Below the pieces are notes generated by a model. That model was given only the letters and a program-made list of their open reading frames with translations, did no database searches and had not been told where the DNA came from. The position numbers and the translations under genes are program-made. A DNA stretch of 64,000 nucleotides, from assembly GCF_902652985.1 (NCBI RefSeq), contig NC_047019.1, positions 24,552,001 through 24,616,000 on the forward strand. The letters are read 5' to 3'. The stretch comes from Pecten maximus (Eukaryota). Shown here one piece after another: positions 37,854 through 51,049 of this stretch (positions within the stretch are counted from its first letter, which is position 1; each line of letters begins with the position of its first letter).

Positions 37854-39031
37854 ATATTTAGACATAGTTTTTTTTTATCGACATTAGTATTAAACTTTTT
37901 AAATTTTGCATAATCATTTCAAGCAAATTGATCAAAATTGATAAGTATAAAATGATGATTTATTTGGATAAGTTAATTCGTGAATATAGTTAACCATGCA
38001 TGGCAGTTAATACTATTTTAAGATATTCATGTATTGTCTTTTAACAAACGTACCTTTAACTTTAAAAGACATTTTTTCTCCATGCATGAGTTAACCTGAA
38101 TACGCCATAACATCATATTTAAATAGTTTTCATTATGGTGTGGGCGCAAGTTATACGTTATATAAAGCATTTATAAGCATTTAGAGTAAAATTACACGCA
38201 ATTCAATGCGTGTACAAAAATATTAGAGAAAATGAGAGATAATTAGCTTTGTCATACCGTGCCATCATTCAAAGTTTTTAAGACATTAATATTATAGATG
38301 AAAGAAATTCATTAGGTAAGACGACTTTTTTTAGCATTTCTTGTAAACCCTTAATATACATTCCAAGGAAAAGCCCAAATTGACAAAACCAAGAATGTTG
38401 GTCACGGCATCTGCATTCACAGAATGGATTCAATGTCATTGTAACTATGATACATCTATTTCATATTAGCTATGAGCTCATTATATCAAAGTAAACCGTA
38501 AGTCACCGGAATAATCCAATATCAGTACTGCATTTTTATTTTTCATGTCATGTGATTTCCTCGACCGTAGGTTAAGGATTGGGTTAGATCGAGTAAAATC
38601 GGTCAGTGACCTTTGGTAAAATGATGAGCATTTAGCAAAATACCAAAAGGCCAAAAACACTAAATGCAGACGATCACAATAAAAACTCAAGCATTCATAG
38701 CATACGGATTGGATATAGAAATACGAATATGTCGCAAAAAATTTAGAAAACAGATAATATTTGACAAGAAAATAATCGATCATAAATAAGCAGACGATTC
38801 CTTTTTCGCAAAAATATTGGTGAAGTTTTTGTCCATGCAAAAAAAAAAAAGATAAATAAAACAAATTATATTAATTATAATAAAAAAAAATCGGTTGTTT
38901 CGCTGCTTTAATGAACATTAATTACAAAACAACTTACTATTATCAACTTGAATTAATGCTGATGCCGGATCATTTGTTTGAAGGTTATATGTTTAAATGT
39001 ATGACCTAGTAAGACAGTACATTGGAATTTT

Positions 39032-40385
39032 TACTATGGCCGATATCGGACGGGGAAAATAGTGTAACTAGTAATACGTTTTATTCAACGAAAATGTACG
39101 TATTGTGTGTCAAAAATATCTGCTGCTAGTAGTAGATACATTTGTATACAAAAAGTATATGTACAAATCCTGTGTCAAAAATATGTTACTAGTAACACAA
39201 TTTCGACAAAGAAAATGTAAAAATTCATCTACTACTTCTAAATATCAATTAACATTCTTTCCTATCTTGATTGATCGCCTTGTGGTCGTATGTCGACTGC
39301 ATCCGATAGGAATACGAGAAAACCATGAACTTTGTCGCATTTGCACGAGGTAAACCAGAAATATTTCGGTTTCGAGTGATACCATTCTTCCATTACGCTG
39401 GCTAGATATTCTGGCCTTACTTAACGCCATACATTAAAGCCACATACTCCCAAAGAAATGTTAACATTTCCAGATCTTTACAGTTTTCAGACTTAATATA
39501 TACCTAACATATTATCGCGAATCAAAAACTGGAGGAAAATGTGTATTTATGAATGTATACGGGATATTCCCAAAAGTAACAACTGGGTCCGACATACCGA
39601 GTTTTCATGCAAAATAGACCCATAATGCAACAGGCAGGTTATCAGTCTATACTCGAATTCCGTTTTTGCCGGACGTCTATTGGATTGCTAGTTAGCTTTT
39701 GAACATTGTCACCGATGTTTATTTATTTTGTTCAGTTATTACGCGAATATTCTGTTAATATGCTTAGAATAAAGCATTAATAGGCAAAGTTCACGTATGC
39801 TCGATATGTAAACAACGATCATGTTTGTAGTTTATGTGCAGTGCACAAATCTCGCGATAAAGATAAATGCAGCGAGTTATTTTTATACACTGATATCCCA
39901 AGGACTCCCCCGGTCAAGCGTCCTGGCCAGTGGTCAGTTTAATGTTGGGAGAGCGTAAATGAGCGTCTTTGACTGTCATTAATACATGTGTGCAACTAGA
40001 ATTTTAGGTTAAAATATGAGTATGTGGCTTTAAATTCGAGCAGCTAATTGGGTTCTGGGTTTTATTACTTTATCAGGCAAAATCATCATACGAACGCATG
40101 GAAATCAATCAAAAATAAAAGGAATGCTTATTTATATGTTCAAGTAATAGATACATTTTGTACATAAAATATGTACGTACAAATTTTGTGTCGAAAATGT
40201 GTTACTAGTAACAGGTTTTTGACACAGGATTTGTACATACACTTTTTTGTGCACAAATTTATATATATATATTTATGTACTGCTAGCAGTAGATATTTTT
40301 GACACACTATATGTACGTACACTTGTCGTTGACAAAAACGTACTACTAGTAACACTATTTTTCTCGTCCGATACCGGCTATCGTA
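39032..40385. mobile_element. ~1.35-kb non-autonomous foldback-like DNA transposon with long imperfect TIRs
   Basis: Left tactatggccgatatcggacggggaaaatagtgtaactagtaatacg pairs with right cgtactactagtaacactatttttctcgtccgataccggctatcgta. Inverted similarity continues inward to taaagccacatactc (~39435) / gagtatgtggcttta (~40018). Flanked by aatttt on both sides. Confidence 0.85.
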
Positions 40386-43121
40386 AATTTTATGATTACA
40401 AAAATGTTTCAACAAAGATGTTTGTAAAATTACCGATGTATTTTAAAAGATGTTTCTCGCTATCTGTCGAAAATCCCATAACTCCGGCATTTGAGCTGGA
40501 ATTTAATGAAAATAAGTCCTAGATTTTATAACGATATCTAGACAATATGCCTAAATTTTAGCATGGCATATGTGAATTATAAAGTACACAATGAAGCCAA
40601 AACATATACTCGACCGATTCAGGTAGTGTTTTCCCATCTCGAAAATTTACAAATGACTTCAAAGTGGAAGAGAAAGTAGTGGATGCATGTTTGGTCGGTT
40701 TTCTGTGTTCGTTTGGATATCTATGCAGTTAAAATGCATTAATGTCCAATTTGGAACTTATCAGGCATTATAACTCGAAATTAATTTTTTTACAAAAATG
40801 GCTATTTGTTTAAAGTCTTCAGTACTTCGGTATACAAAAAAAGGGCGATTACTATGAAAGGGACCATATATCGAACTATTTTTAAATTTCTAATTTAATT
40901 CAGATGTTGCAGCAAACATGGTTTCTATTCAACTATTCTGCTTATGGGTGCACGTTTTGATAATCAATCTTAACCATAAAATGCATGCTGATGAAATGAC
41001 TACAAACCTCAAATATTACCAACATTACGTCCCCTCTAATTAATTGCAGTGCGGTAACGTAAGTGCTATTTTTGCTGCAATGCTGGCAATGTCCCTTCAT
41101 CAAGAACATTTAGGCGTTTGTACACATTCAGAAATACATTAATCTCGGCCAATTGTATCAATCATTTAAATGACCTAGGTTGGTATGAGCAAAGATCAAC
41201 ACTAAAAGGGAAACCAATTAACTGTCTGGGGATTTGAGATTTGTGGGCATGTGAAGCAGCCAATGGCGATTTTTATATTAGGGGAAATGTACTTGTTATT
41301 ACAATGTATTTAACTTGGCTGTAAGGCACATCGTCTTCCAGCAATATGATAGCAATGGTATACAATTTAAAAGCTTCCCAGTGCAAATAATCAAAAATGT
41401 GTATAATTGGATTAATATACAAATGCAAATCCATATCCAGAATGTGATTAGCTAAAGAGATAATATATTCTCTACACTATTAAGATATTGAATTAGTCCG
41501 AATTTCCGAAATTGACAAGCACGGTAGTCGGAATTTATTATTCATGATAAAGTCCGCCTTACAATAAAATTGCCGACTGTGTTTTTTTTATTGTCAAATC
41601 AACAATTTCAGTTTCCACTGTACGGTTATTGTAATATTTATGTAATTGAATCTGCAGCCAATGAAAGATAACGATAATTAGAGACAGATTTATGAAAAAA
41701 ATATATCAACTAACATTGGGAATAAATACTCCCATATTTTTGTACAACACTAAGAGGGGCATTTCGACAATGTTTTCTTATGCATACATTATGTCTCTGT
41801 GGTGTTTTTACTTAAACTAGCTAGCGTAATATCAACAAATTTTGGGTCATACATGGACGATCAATTAACAGTGAGCAGTGAGACAAACATCCCTACAGAA
41901 CTATCCCTGTAACATGCACATGTAACAAACTGTTAGAATTGTATTTTAAAATGGAGATAAGTCTAATTGTTCACGGAAAAAGATGCTGGGATGTCTAACG
42001 CTTGATAGTAAGGACATACAAATATACTATAGCTCTTTAACAATTTTTGCTTACACTGTACACTCGTTTTATTTCGCTATATTTACGAATGGAAATAGTT
42101 CTCGCGTCTATGAGGGTCTATATCAGTGTCCCTAATCTGACACTATCTGATCATGATTTGACAACTTGTTCAATTGTTAAGGTTTTAATTCCTATGAGAA
42201 TAATATAATTATTTATATGACATACGGTATTTCATCGAATGATTGTTATATTTCATGGAAAAATACTCCAGCGACCTGTTACATAATATTTGCTCTTTTC
42301 TCCGTCGTTTACATGTTAATAGTTTAGCACGTCAGTCTAAATTGTATTTCTAAATTGATACTGTTTAATGTTGCTTGCAAGCTTGTTTGATGTATATAAT
42401 CACTATTGTAATTTTAATTTCCTCTTCCTCAAACTATGTGCTCAATCATATTATTTGTTGTCAACCAGTGTACAGTGTCACATGGGAAATGTTAAACCTC
42501 TTCAATATTGGGTTATACCACTTTAAAAGGGAAATTTAACGCTTTTTGTATTAACTATATTGCCTATGGGAGTCATTTGCTGGCTATATTGATACATTAA
42601 ACAGTATTCCGCTCACAAGCACCATGAGAACAAAAATTACTACTGATAAAGGATGACGTGAGAGTTGTCCCCAGGTATTGTAATTATGTCCATCAAACCG
42701 ACATTTGCCCCTTTGAACTTAAAACCGGCCTCATACGTTTAAACAGTAAGTTGTAACTTATAGCAAAACCACTGTCGGTGTATTCAGTTAGACCGTTTTA
42801 TCATAAGTCTCGGCGGAAATGGTCGAGCTCTTTTGTTCTTGTAAATATGTCATTTCAGTGAAAGGTATCTCAAAACCGGTTAATATCGGCTATATAAGTG
42901 AATACTACTTTACTGAGTCGTATATCCACACATATCTTATATGTTTTTATATTTGCATGTTTGCAGGTAAATATGTTTATTGCGAAAAAAATATGGTATT
43001 GCATCTGATGTAGCTTTTTGATTTATATTTTGATAGCAGCATTTCCTGCTAAATTAGACATGCCGACCAGTATTACCATTAATACAATCCGCGAATTCAA
43101 CTAAAGAAGATAATAGGATAT

Positions 43122-43315
43122 CGGGAGGCACAGTTGTAATTCACTACCGTTCACCTAGGCGGCCGAGGTTCGATTCCGGATCGGAGATGAAAAGGCATCG
43201 GGTCACCTGCACGTTGGTTCTCCCGTTGCCTCCCACAGTAAGATGTCTCCCGCGTTTCAATCCGGGCCAACACGCGTTTCGCAATTGTTGTAAAATAAGT
43301 AAAGTTTACATTATA
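43122..43315 (+). mobile_element. Decayed tRNA-derived SINE (V-type)
   Basis: B-box ggttcgattcc at ~43167, degenerate ttctccc..tt.cctcccacag core, AT-rich tail. Confidence 0.6.
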
Positions 43316-43514
43316 TTAAAACAGTTATCCAGGCTCTTATCCGTTTTATGAAACGGTAGGTTCTCGACTAGTCCTTGAATTATCAATTAGGAACACTGCA
43401 CTTTGGCTTTTCAGCTTATTTTATCATATGGTGACAGGTGCGAAAAGTATGGGCATCCAGAAGGAAAATGGAGAAAAATTCGTAATTAAGGACTGTTAAT
43501 GCTTAATTATATGC

Positions 43515-44000
43515 TTTTATTGCCATGAAACCAGGGTAATATGAATGTTGTTTACCGGAAGGTATCATAGTTCCTGAGAGCTTGCCCGAGGGAAATATGA
43601 AAGGTGAATGAAAACAAACCTTCATATTACCCTGCATCCAGGGCCATCAATTGTTTATTATACTGAAAAATAATCAGTAATGATTATACTAAAAAAATCA
43701 ACTGAAGATATGAAAAATCATTTTTTATAACAAACCCCTGTGATTCCAGTTGATACAGTTGGTGTGTACATTTGTTGATATGTTTGTGTTTTGAGCTTCG
43801 TGTTATTATTGTGTTGTCTATTCGACTGCATGGAAACGTTTGCGTTTCTGTTCGTCTGCCATTTGTTGAAAGGTTGACAACTCCGCGCAACAGAAAATAA
43901 GGGACGCGCTTCAGGGAAATAATGATATTTTATTTTTCTGTGTTTCGCGGCTAAGGGAAATATAAGGTTTTATTTCCGGGCCACGTGATGCGCCCCAGGC
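43515..44000. mobile_element. Palindrome-bearing non-autonomous element (Crypton-like)
   Basis: Perfect 14-bp inverted repeat cagggtaatatgaa (43532-43545) / ttcatattaccctg (43621-43634) around cttgcccgaggg, followed by tgtttattata. The motif agggaaata recurs near 43912 and 43953. Confidence 0.55.
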
Positions 44001-44533
44001 ACAGTTATAATCGTGAGGTACAATGATACAAGGTAATGACTGTATCACGATGGCTTAATTTACTTGGATCGTTCCGAATAACGTGTCAATTGTGTCATAT
44101 CTGAAACTGTTGACAGGACCAAAAATATTGGTCAATGTTTGAAATGATAAGATCCTGTGCGCCATATATACCTCACATACCTGGTGACTACCATATTTTC
44201 ATTAGGTTATCTATGGAAAGTCATGATCATGAGCGTCATATTTCATATTTCATATACGTGATGTATGTATGATGTGTTGTTGTGTTCGTCAAAACAGTAA
44301 ATGATAATATTCGATTAAATTAATGCTAAATAATCGTGATACAAATAACATCAATAGAGTATTGAACAGGCCGACATCTTTTAGTAGTGTTGTGTGAAAA
44401 TCGTGACACAATTTACATGCAATGCGTTGGTCCTCATAAATAATCCTTATTGTTTTATTGCTGGCTCAAGTAAGTCTTTATCTAGACTTCCTATGCCAAT
44501 TCTTAGTGTGGCAGTTTCTTCATGTGCACTTGT

Positions 44534-44583
44534 CAGCCAAAGTTAAGCAACGTCAAGCAAAAGCGGCACTTGGATGGATGACG
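44534..44583 (+). pseudogene. 5S rRNA-derived fragment (internal control region), copy 1
   Basis: aagttaagcaacgtcaagc.......cacttggatggatgac versus molluscan 5S gaagttaagcaacgtcgagcccggttagtacttggatgggtgac. Confidence 0.65.
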
Positions 44584-44896
44584 AATCCATGGTATCCATT
44601 TGCACGTTACATTTACTGACAGCGAGTAGGCATTGTATTACATAAATTGTCCTAAAGCAGCATGATTACACAATTTTCTTGGAAATCTGTTGGTGTATAA
44701 GTCGTCAAGTAATGAGGCTGCAACAACAAGAGGGACAATTCCATATGCTGAGGTTTCCTGGTTAAAGCGAATAGAGCTTCAGGACGAAGGTCATTGGCGA
44801 AGGGGTTAATGTGACGGTTCATGGATATGGACATATCAGCTGCACAATCCATACGCTAACATTTTTTTCAGCTGTGGTAGAATGTCATGTATATGT

Positions 44897-44936
44897 ACCG
44901 AAGTTACTCAACGTCGAGCAGGATCAGTACTTGGAT
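44897..44936 (+). pseudogene. 5S rRNA-derived fragment (internal control region), copy 2
   Basis: accgaagttactcaacgtcgagcaggatcagtacttggat versus 5S accgaagttaagcaacgtcgagcccggttagtacttggat. Confidence 0.65.
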
Positions 44937-45224
44937 CAGTGTTCGATCTATTGATCTATTGACCCCCCCCCCCCCCCCCGCCCCCTCCCATATGCACTTT
45001 ACATTATTAAAATTAAGTCATGGCTGCAGTCCCATTGGACTACTGTTTACTCTAGATGTGTAATTAAGTATAACTTTTGAAATAATCCAAAGACATTTAA
45101 AACATGTTTCAAAAATACTTTCTACTCTCTTCCATGGAAGGCGTACGGAGAACTGCGATATTAGTACATAGGTTTTAACTATGTAGGAGCATATTTCATA
45201 AATCATACCACTAAAGTGAGAATG

Positions 45225-45960
45225 GTTGAATTGCTGATGGGCAATACCTTGTTGAGTTTGGTGTCGTGATATTCTAACTGATTACTGGCATACATATGAG
45301 AACTATCTGTGCCCCAAGCTGATTATATTGAAGAGTTTACCACAACAGTTAACAGAGACCTTCGATTTCACTTATAGCTATATAGACGATGTGTTATCTT
45401 TAAATAACAAAACCTTAATACACTATGTCCATCGGGTATACCTGCTTTTCTCGATCATTACTCACAACGTAACCATCAGAGACAACTTACAACTAAGCCG
45501 TATTCTAAGCGTGGTGATGGTTTTAGATTTTCCATTTCTAGATGTTAACATCCCTACCAACAGTGTGTATATGTCCCTCCGATTCGATATCCAAAAGCGT
45601 GTTCCAATTATCATGTTTTCTGTGACAGATATCGACTAATGACGAAACATGAACAACATAAGGTTTCGAGAGATTACGATTAATAAAGACCATGGGGAAG
45701 ATTTGTGGTCGACATCGAGATATCCTTGGGAACTAGCATATTTCATTATGAGATATGGAGTCAGACGTGTTTATTGATTGATGGTATGCCGTTCCGTTGT
45801 TATCATCCTATCTCTAAGATTCACTAAGATTTTACCAAGATTTGTATTGGGAGTGTCGTCAATGAAGCAGAAGGCGCTTAGTCCGTCGGAACACCTGGTC
45901 TTATTCTTCTTTCTCTTTTTCAGAACTCTCCACCCAAACATTGTGTTTATGCTTTTTCCT
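45225..45960 (+). mobile_element. Penelope-like retroelement relic (RT core plus 3' end)
   Basis: VEFG..IF...GI.M.T.CAP-like segment, FDFTYSYIDDVLSLNN (YIDD catalytic motif), DFPFLD.NIP, and the bivalve PLE-type end gcagaaggcgctta.tcc.tcggaacacctggtc. Confidence 0.8.
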
Positions 45961-46881
45961 CGTTTAATCGATTTTGAGTTTGAATTGTGGTTCCGGTAGC
46001 CTTTGATGTCATTGTACGGAGAGATGCTTGGAAGTATATATTTGGCAATGTAACACATCGTGACCTTACAGAAACAATATATCACTGCTTTGATATAAAC
46101 TAGAGGTGCTACACTATGTTTTTCAATGTACTGAACTAACTTAAGCGAATGCAGTTTCGGTACATGAAACATGAAAACCATTTCTTGTATTTTAATATAA
46201 ACAGCCAGATCTGGTGTAGATTGGTGTTAAACTACGTCTATAAATGTGTGGACACACTCTGACTATCATTATAAAGTATCTGCTGTTAAAAGTTTCCTTC
46301 GAATCCCGTTATTTAAATACCGTATACATGCGTTAAAGTCTTCGCTCGGTTTACGATGATGGTGTGGGAAGGAATACTAAAACAAACAAAGCACAACCAT
46401 AGAATCTAGCGTAATCATGAATTACTGGCTAGTTTAAAGTTTAGTACGTCAGTAATGAGACACTTCAGATCGTTAGAATGACGGATTTCAAAACCGAGAC
46501 GATCATTAACTGCATTATAATTCGACAGACACACATCCTTTCGACGTTAGTTATATGGTTACGTTAATCAGATGTGCTTGATCTATAAAGCATCGTCATC
46601 ATCACGCTATTAGGGTTGATAATGACAAGGTATCTGTCGATTTAAAGAATCGCGACTTAAATTATGACGATTTATCATTGAACGGTAATGACCGTTTTCA
46701 TGCTTGCTGTTTTAACTATAACATACACCTTTGATGCTTTGTTAAGTACGTTATCGTATTGTTTTTGAAAGCATTGTCATCCTCGATAATTGTTTTCATA
46801 TCGCCTCTTTACAACGTCAATTAACGTCAGTTTCGCCTATATAAGGGTGAACGCATTTTGAAAGTATGTTGTATATACGAC

Positions 46882-46917
<36 letters not shown>

Positions 46918-47019
46918 AAGCCGGATACCAAAAAAACAACAAGAACAACAATTTTTTTTAGTAAGAATCCATGATTTAACTTTCTTTATATATGTAGCAT
47001 AGTAACACATTTTACGAAG

Positions 47020-47092
47020 TAAGACAACTTTATGACTCGTGCGTTGACTATGGCTTGAACTCACGATCTACGGCAGCAAATCGCCTAGCACT
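47020..47092 (-). mobile_element. Possible SINE head relic
   Basis: Minus strand agatcgtgagttcaagcc is B-box-like; a poly-T tract lies at 46886-46913. Confidence 0.3.
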
Positions 47093-47699
47093 GAATAATG
47101 AAAATAACATAATTCTAGTAAAATATATTAAATTATATGTAGCGACTTCTAACACTCACAGAAAAAGGCCCTAAGTCTATATAACTCCTCTAGGCACCTA
47201 CAACTCCCAATTCTGGAATGGATTACTGAATACAAGTCGTGAGAAATGTGCCATTGTGATCAAATATAGTAATTTCAGGTCATGGTTACGGGGGTATATA
47301 TTTGGTGATGTGTCACAAACACAAAAACATCGCGTGTTTCTTTTCGTAAGAACACCACTGTTCTAACGACAACGTTAACACCATCGCAGAGAAAAAAATA
47401 AGTATAATTGTCCGATATCGTGTTGAGACTTTGAGTACTAATTCCGAGACACGCAAGGATATATTGGTTTAAAAGGTCATTTATTCTGTTCCCATTACCT
47501 AGTATACAGCAGGTGTTTTTGTTAACTTTAGAAAATGAAGTGTTCAGTTTTACGTAAATAAACCTCTTCAATTACACCGAAAGATATATATACATGCAAA
47601 TATATATTTAATTTGTTTTGTAAACAGAACGTTATTTTTACAACAGAAAAGAAATGTCAATAATTTTGAGTATTTTGCGTGAGTTCATTATTATACAAA

Positions 47700-47840
47700 T
47701 ACACCATGAGTGTCTTTGCGATAGTCCAGAATATTTGACTCTCGGCCGAGTGCAAACGAACATCGGTCGATTACCAGTACGGAGGGTCAAATATTCTGGA
47801 CTATTGCACAGACACCAATGATATACTTTTATTACATAAT
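47700..47840. mobile_element. Long hairpin of a palindromic non-autonomous element (Crypton-like)
   Basis: Perfect 19-bp inverted repeat atagtccagaatatttgac (47721-47739) / gtcaaatattctggactat (47786-47804), extending imperfectly to about 35 bp, followed by ttttattacata. Confidence 0.6.
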
Positions 47841-48242
47841 CACTAAAACACATTTAAAATCACTGAAATATCGATTTTATTTGTCGGCTTAGAAATTGCT
47901 GGGACTGTCCACTGGCACTGTTGACATCTGAGCGACGTAGACGCCTGAAAAGTGTAGGACAGAATTCTGAAACGTCACGCGGCGTTCAGTAGTTCGCATG
48001 TGACCGTACCATATCAATTTTAGCAGTGCAATAGTTCAACATATACCTAATGTGTATAGTAAAATAAGGACAATTAAACGGATTATGTAATGCTTTATTA
48101 TAGTCATACAATACCGAAAAACAATATTATACTGCAATATACAGTTGTGTGGCATCACACGCCTTCACAACAATCCATTTCATCTGTGATATATGTCGCG
48201 AGGAACATCTATACATTTGTATTTAATATTCCATATTTTATT

Positions 48243-48545
48243 TTGTCGATGGTGCATACTGCTTCAATTTTTGCAGGCCTGTGCCGACTTATAACTGATG
48301 CATACTAGTTTAACTTATTTAATGCCTGTGCCGACTTGTCGATGGTGCATATTAGTTTAACTTGCTTTGGGCTGCGCTACCTTGTGCATACTACTTTAAG
48401 GTTTTGCAGGCTTGTACCTACTTGTAAATGGTGCATACTAGTTTTACTAGTTTCTGGCCTGCGCCGACTTGTCGATTGTGCATTCTACTTTTAGATTCTT
48501 GCAGGCCTTTGCTGACTTGTAAATGGTCTATTTCAGGCCTGCGCT
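48243..48545. repeat. Degenerate ~49-bp tandem repeat, about 6 copies
   Basis: Recurring ttgtcgatggtgcatactagttt...gcaggcctgtgccgac. Confidence 0.75.
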
Positions 48546-48744
48546 GCGAGGGTTGGGAGGGGAGGGGTTGCTTGGAGAGTCCAGTGGAAAACCTGATGTA
48601 TTTCTCATCATGCTTATTATACGATACAGCTATTGGCCGTTTGCTGTATCAGGCTTGAATATTTTCTTTCCCATGTTGAGGAAATTGCCAAGAACAGATA
48701 TACTTAACACGTTGCTTGAAACCTTTACATTTCCCTTCTTTTCT

Positions 48745-49750
48745 CATCCTCATGTAACCATAACTGTTTGTGTCCGCCTTCACATCCATCCTTATGTAAC
48801 CATGACCGTTTGTGTCCGCCTTCACATCCATCCTCATGTAACCATGACTGTTTGTGTCCTCCTTCACATCCATCCTCATATGACCACGACAGTTTGTGTC
48901 CTCCTTCACATCCATCCTCATGTAACCATGGCTGTTTGTGTCCTCCTTCACATCCATCCTCATGTAACCATGGCTGTTTGTGTCCTCCTTCACATCCATC
49001 CTCATGTAACCATGGCTGTTTGTGTCCTCCTCTTCACATCCATCCTCATGTAACCATGACTGTTTGTGTCCTCCTTCACATCCATCCTCATATGACCACG
49101 ACAGTTTGTGTCCTCCTTCACATCCATCCTCATGTAACCATGGCTGTTTGTGTCCTCCTTCACATCCATCCTCATGTAATCATGACTGTTTGTGTCCTCC
49201 TCTTCACATCCATCCTCATGTAACCATGGCTGTTTGTGTCCTCCTTCACATCCATCCTCATGTAACCATGGCTGTTTGTGTCCGCCTTCACATCCATCCT
49301 CATATGACCATGACTGTTTGTGTCCTCCTTCACATCCATCCTCATGTAACCATGGCTGTCTGTGTCCTCCTTCACATCCATCCTCATGTAATCACGACTG
49401 TTTGTGTCCTCCTTCACATCCATCCTCATGTAACCATGGCTGTTTGTGTCCTCCTTCACATCCATCCTCATGTAACCATGACTGTTTGTGTCCTCCTTCA
49501 CATCCATCCTCATGTAACCATGGCTGTTTGTGTCCTCCTTCACATCCATCCTCATGTAATCATGACTGTTTGTGTCCTCCTCTTCACATCCATCCTCATG
49601 TAACCATGGCTGTTTGTGTCCTCCTTCACATCCATCCTCATGTAATCATGACTGTTTGTGTCCTCCTCTTCACATCCATCCTCATGTAATCATGACTGTT
49701 TGTGTCTTCCTTCACATCCATCCTCATGTAACCATGACTGTTTGTGTCCC
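48745..49750. repeat. 42-bp minisatellite (about 24 copies) with 44-bp variants
   Basis: Unit cttcacatccatcctcatgtaaccatggctgtttgtgtcctc. It generates all ORFs from 48523 to 49772. Confidence 0.97.
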
Positions 49751-51049
49751 TTTCCCATCAGCTCCTGTATGACTATGGCTGTTGCTGGGAAGTTTTATCC
49801 CAAACAAATAGATAAGCCATTCTATTTGCTTTGAATTGTGTCTTTACTTATTGGGCTTTTTTATTGATACCTTTTTGACTTCAAGCTTATCTAACTACAT
49901 GAATTGATGCGCAATAAATAATCACCATAACAGGTATTCTATATCAAATTCATTTTCCATGCTAAATCATGTTCAGTTTATCTAAAATAAAAACTAAAAC
50001 AAGCCGCCATGTTTCACAGAAATTAGTTTTCATTTGTGTTAAAGTACAAAAAGAAAATATCAGGGGCCCTCATCAACTCTGCGATTCACATTATATTTAC
50101 AGAATCGAATCCAAAATTAGTCCTGGCTATGTTATTAACTGTGACGTTTAACAATTATACGAATTCCTTGAAGTACCTTTAGGGATTGTTTTAGAATGAA
50201 ATATACCATAATAAGATTTAATTAAATATGTATATTTTTTAAACAGCTGTACTGAAAGACAAGATCCCTGGAGTGTAACCGTACTAGTTTTAATAGATTT
50301 GGCATAGAAACAACATTATCTAGGGTATAAAACATATACGGGTAAGGTCACGTGTCAGCTTTTCAATCTATCACGTGACATGTAGATCATATAGATTGAT
50401 ATTGAAGTGACGTGGTTGCGGCAGTGTTATATTTCCGGGGATGTTTTGGGTACCGTATTTGGAGCCATTTCTTCTCCTACAAATGACAATGGATTGGTGT
50501 TGACTCGCTTGTAGGCGTTTATGGACACTCTCGTTCAGTGCTCGGTGATAAAACGTCCGCCCTAACTCAGGAAATCTTTATCTAAGCCGTGCTTTTCAAC
50601 TCATAAATAAACGGTAAACATGTAACAAGTATTGATGCAAATCTGACTCCGCCGATATAAATTGTTATCTACGTTGGTATTTCTAAAAAGCTGCTCTCCG
50701 TTAATCTTCCATTGTATGGAAACTAACTCAAGAACTATCCTTAACTTATCAAAGGTCAAGGAAGAACAAGTTCCCAAAGTGCTACAAAGATAAAACAAAC
50801 AGAACAATGGAAACATCATGGATTAGTTTAAGCTTTGGCTAGATTCAGACGAGTTATTGAGGACTCGGAGTTACTGTTACAATTTCTAACTATCAATTCA
50901 TTAACCTCGATTTAAGTTCATCAAACGTAAAAATAACAAAATACATATATACATTGAAAATGGTGACCATTAGTGACATTTTTGGAAATAATTCTAGTAA
51001 AAGTTAAAACCATTACATAACAAAGCATAATTCAAAGTCAAGTTTTTTT

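Noticed and set aside
38480-38911. Kolobok-like MITE ending in cggttgtttcgctgctttaa
   Set aside because: No matching left TIR could be identified.
44534-44936. Functional 5S rRNA genes
   Set aside because: Only 40-50 nt of the ~120-nt gene, with many substitutions and no 5S ends.
48523-49772. Cys/His-rich metallothionein-like ORFs
   Set aside because: 42-bp minisatellite with frame-breaking 44-bp variants.
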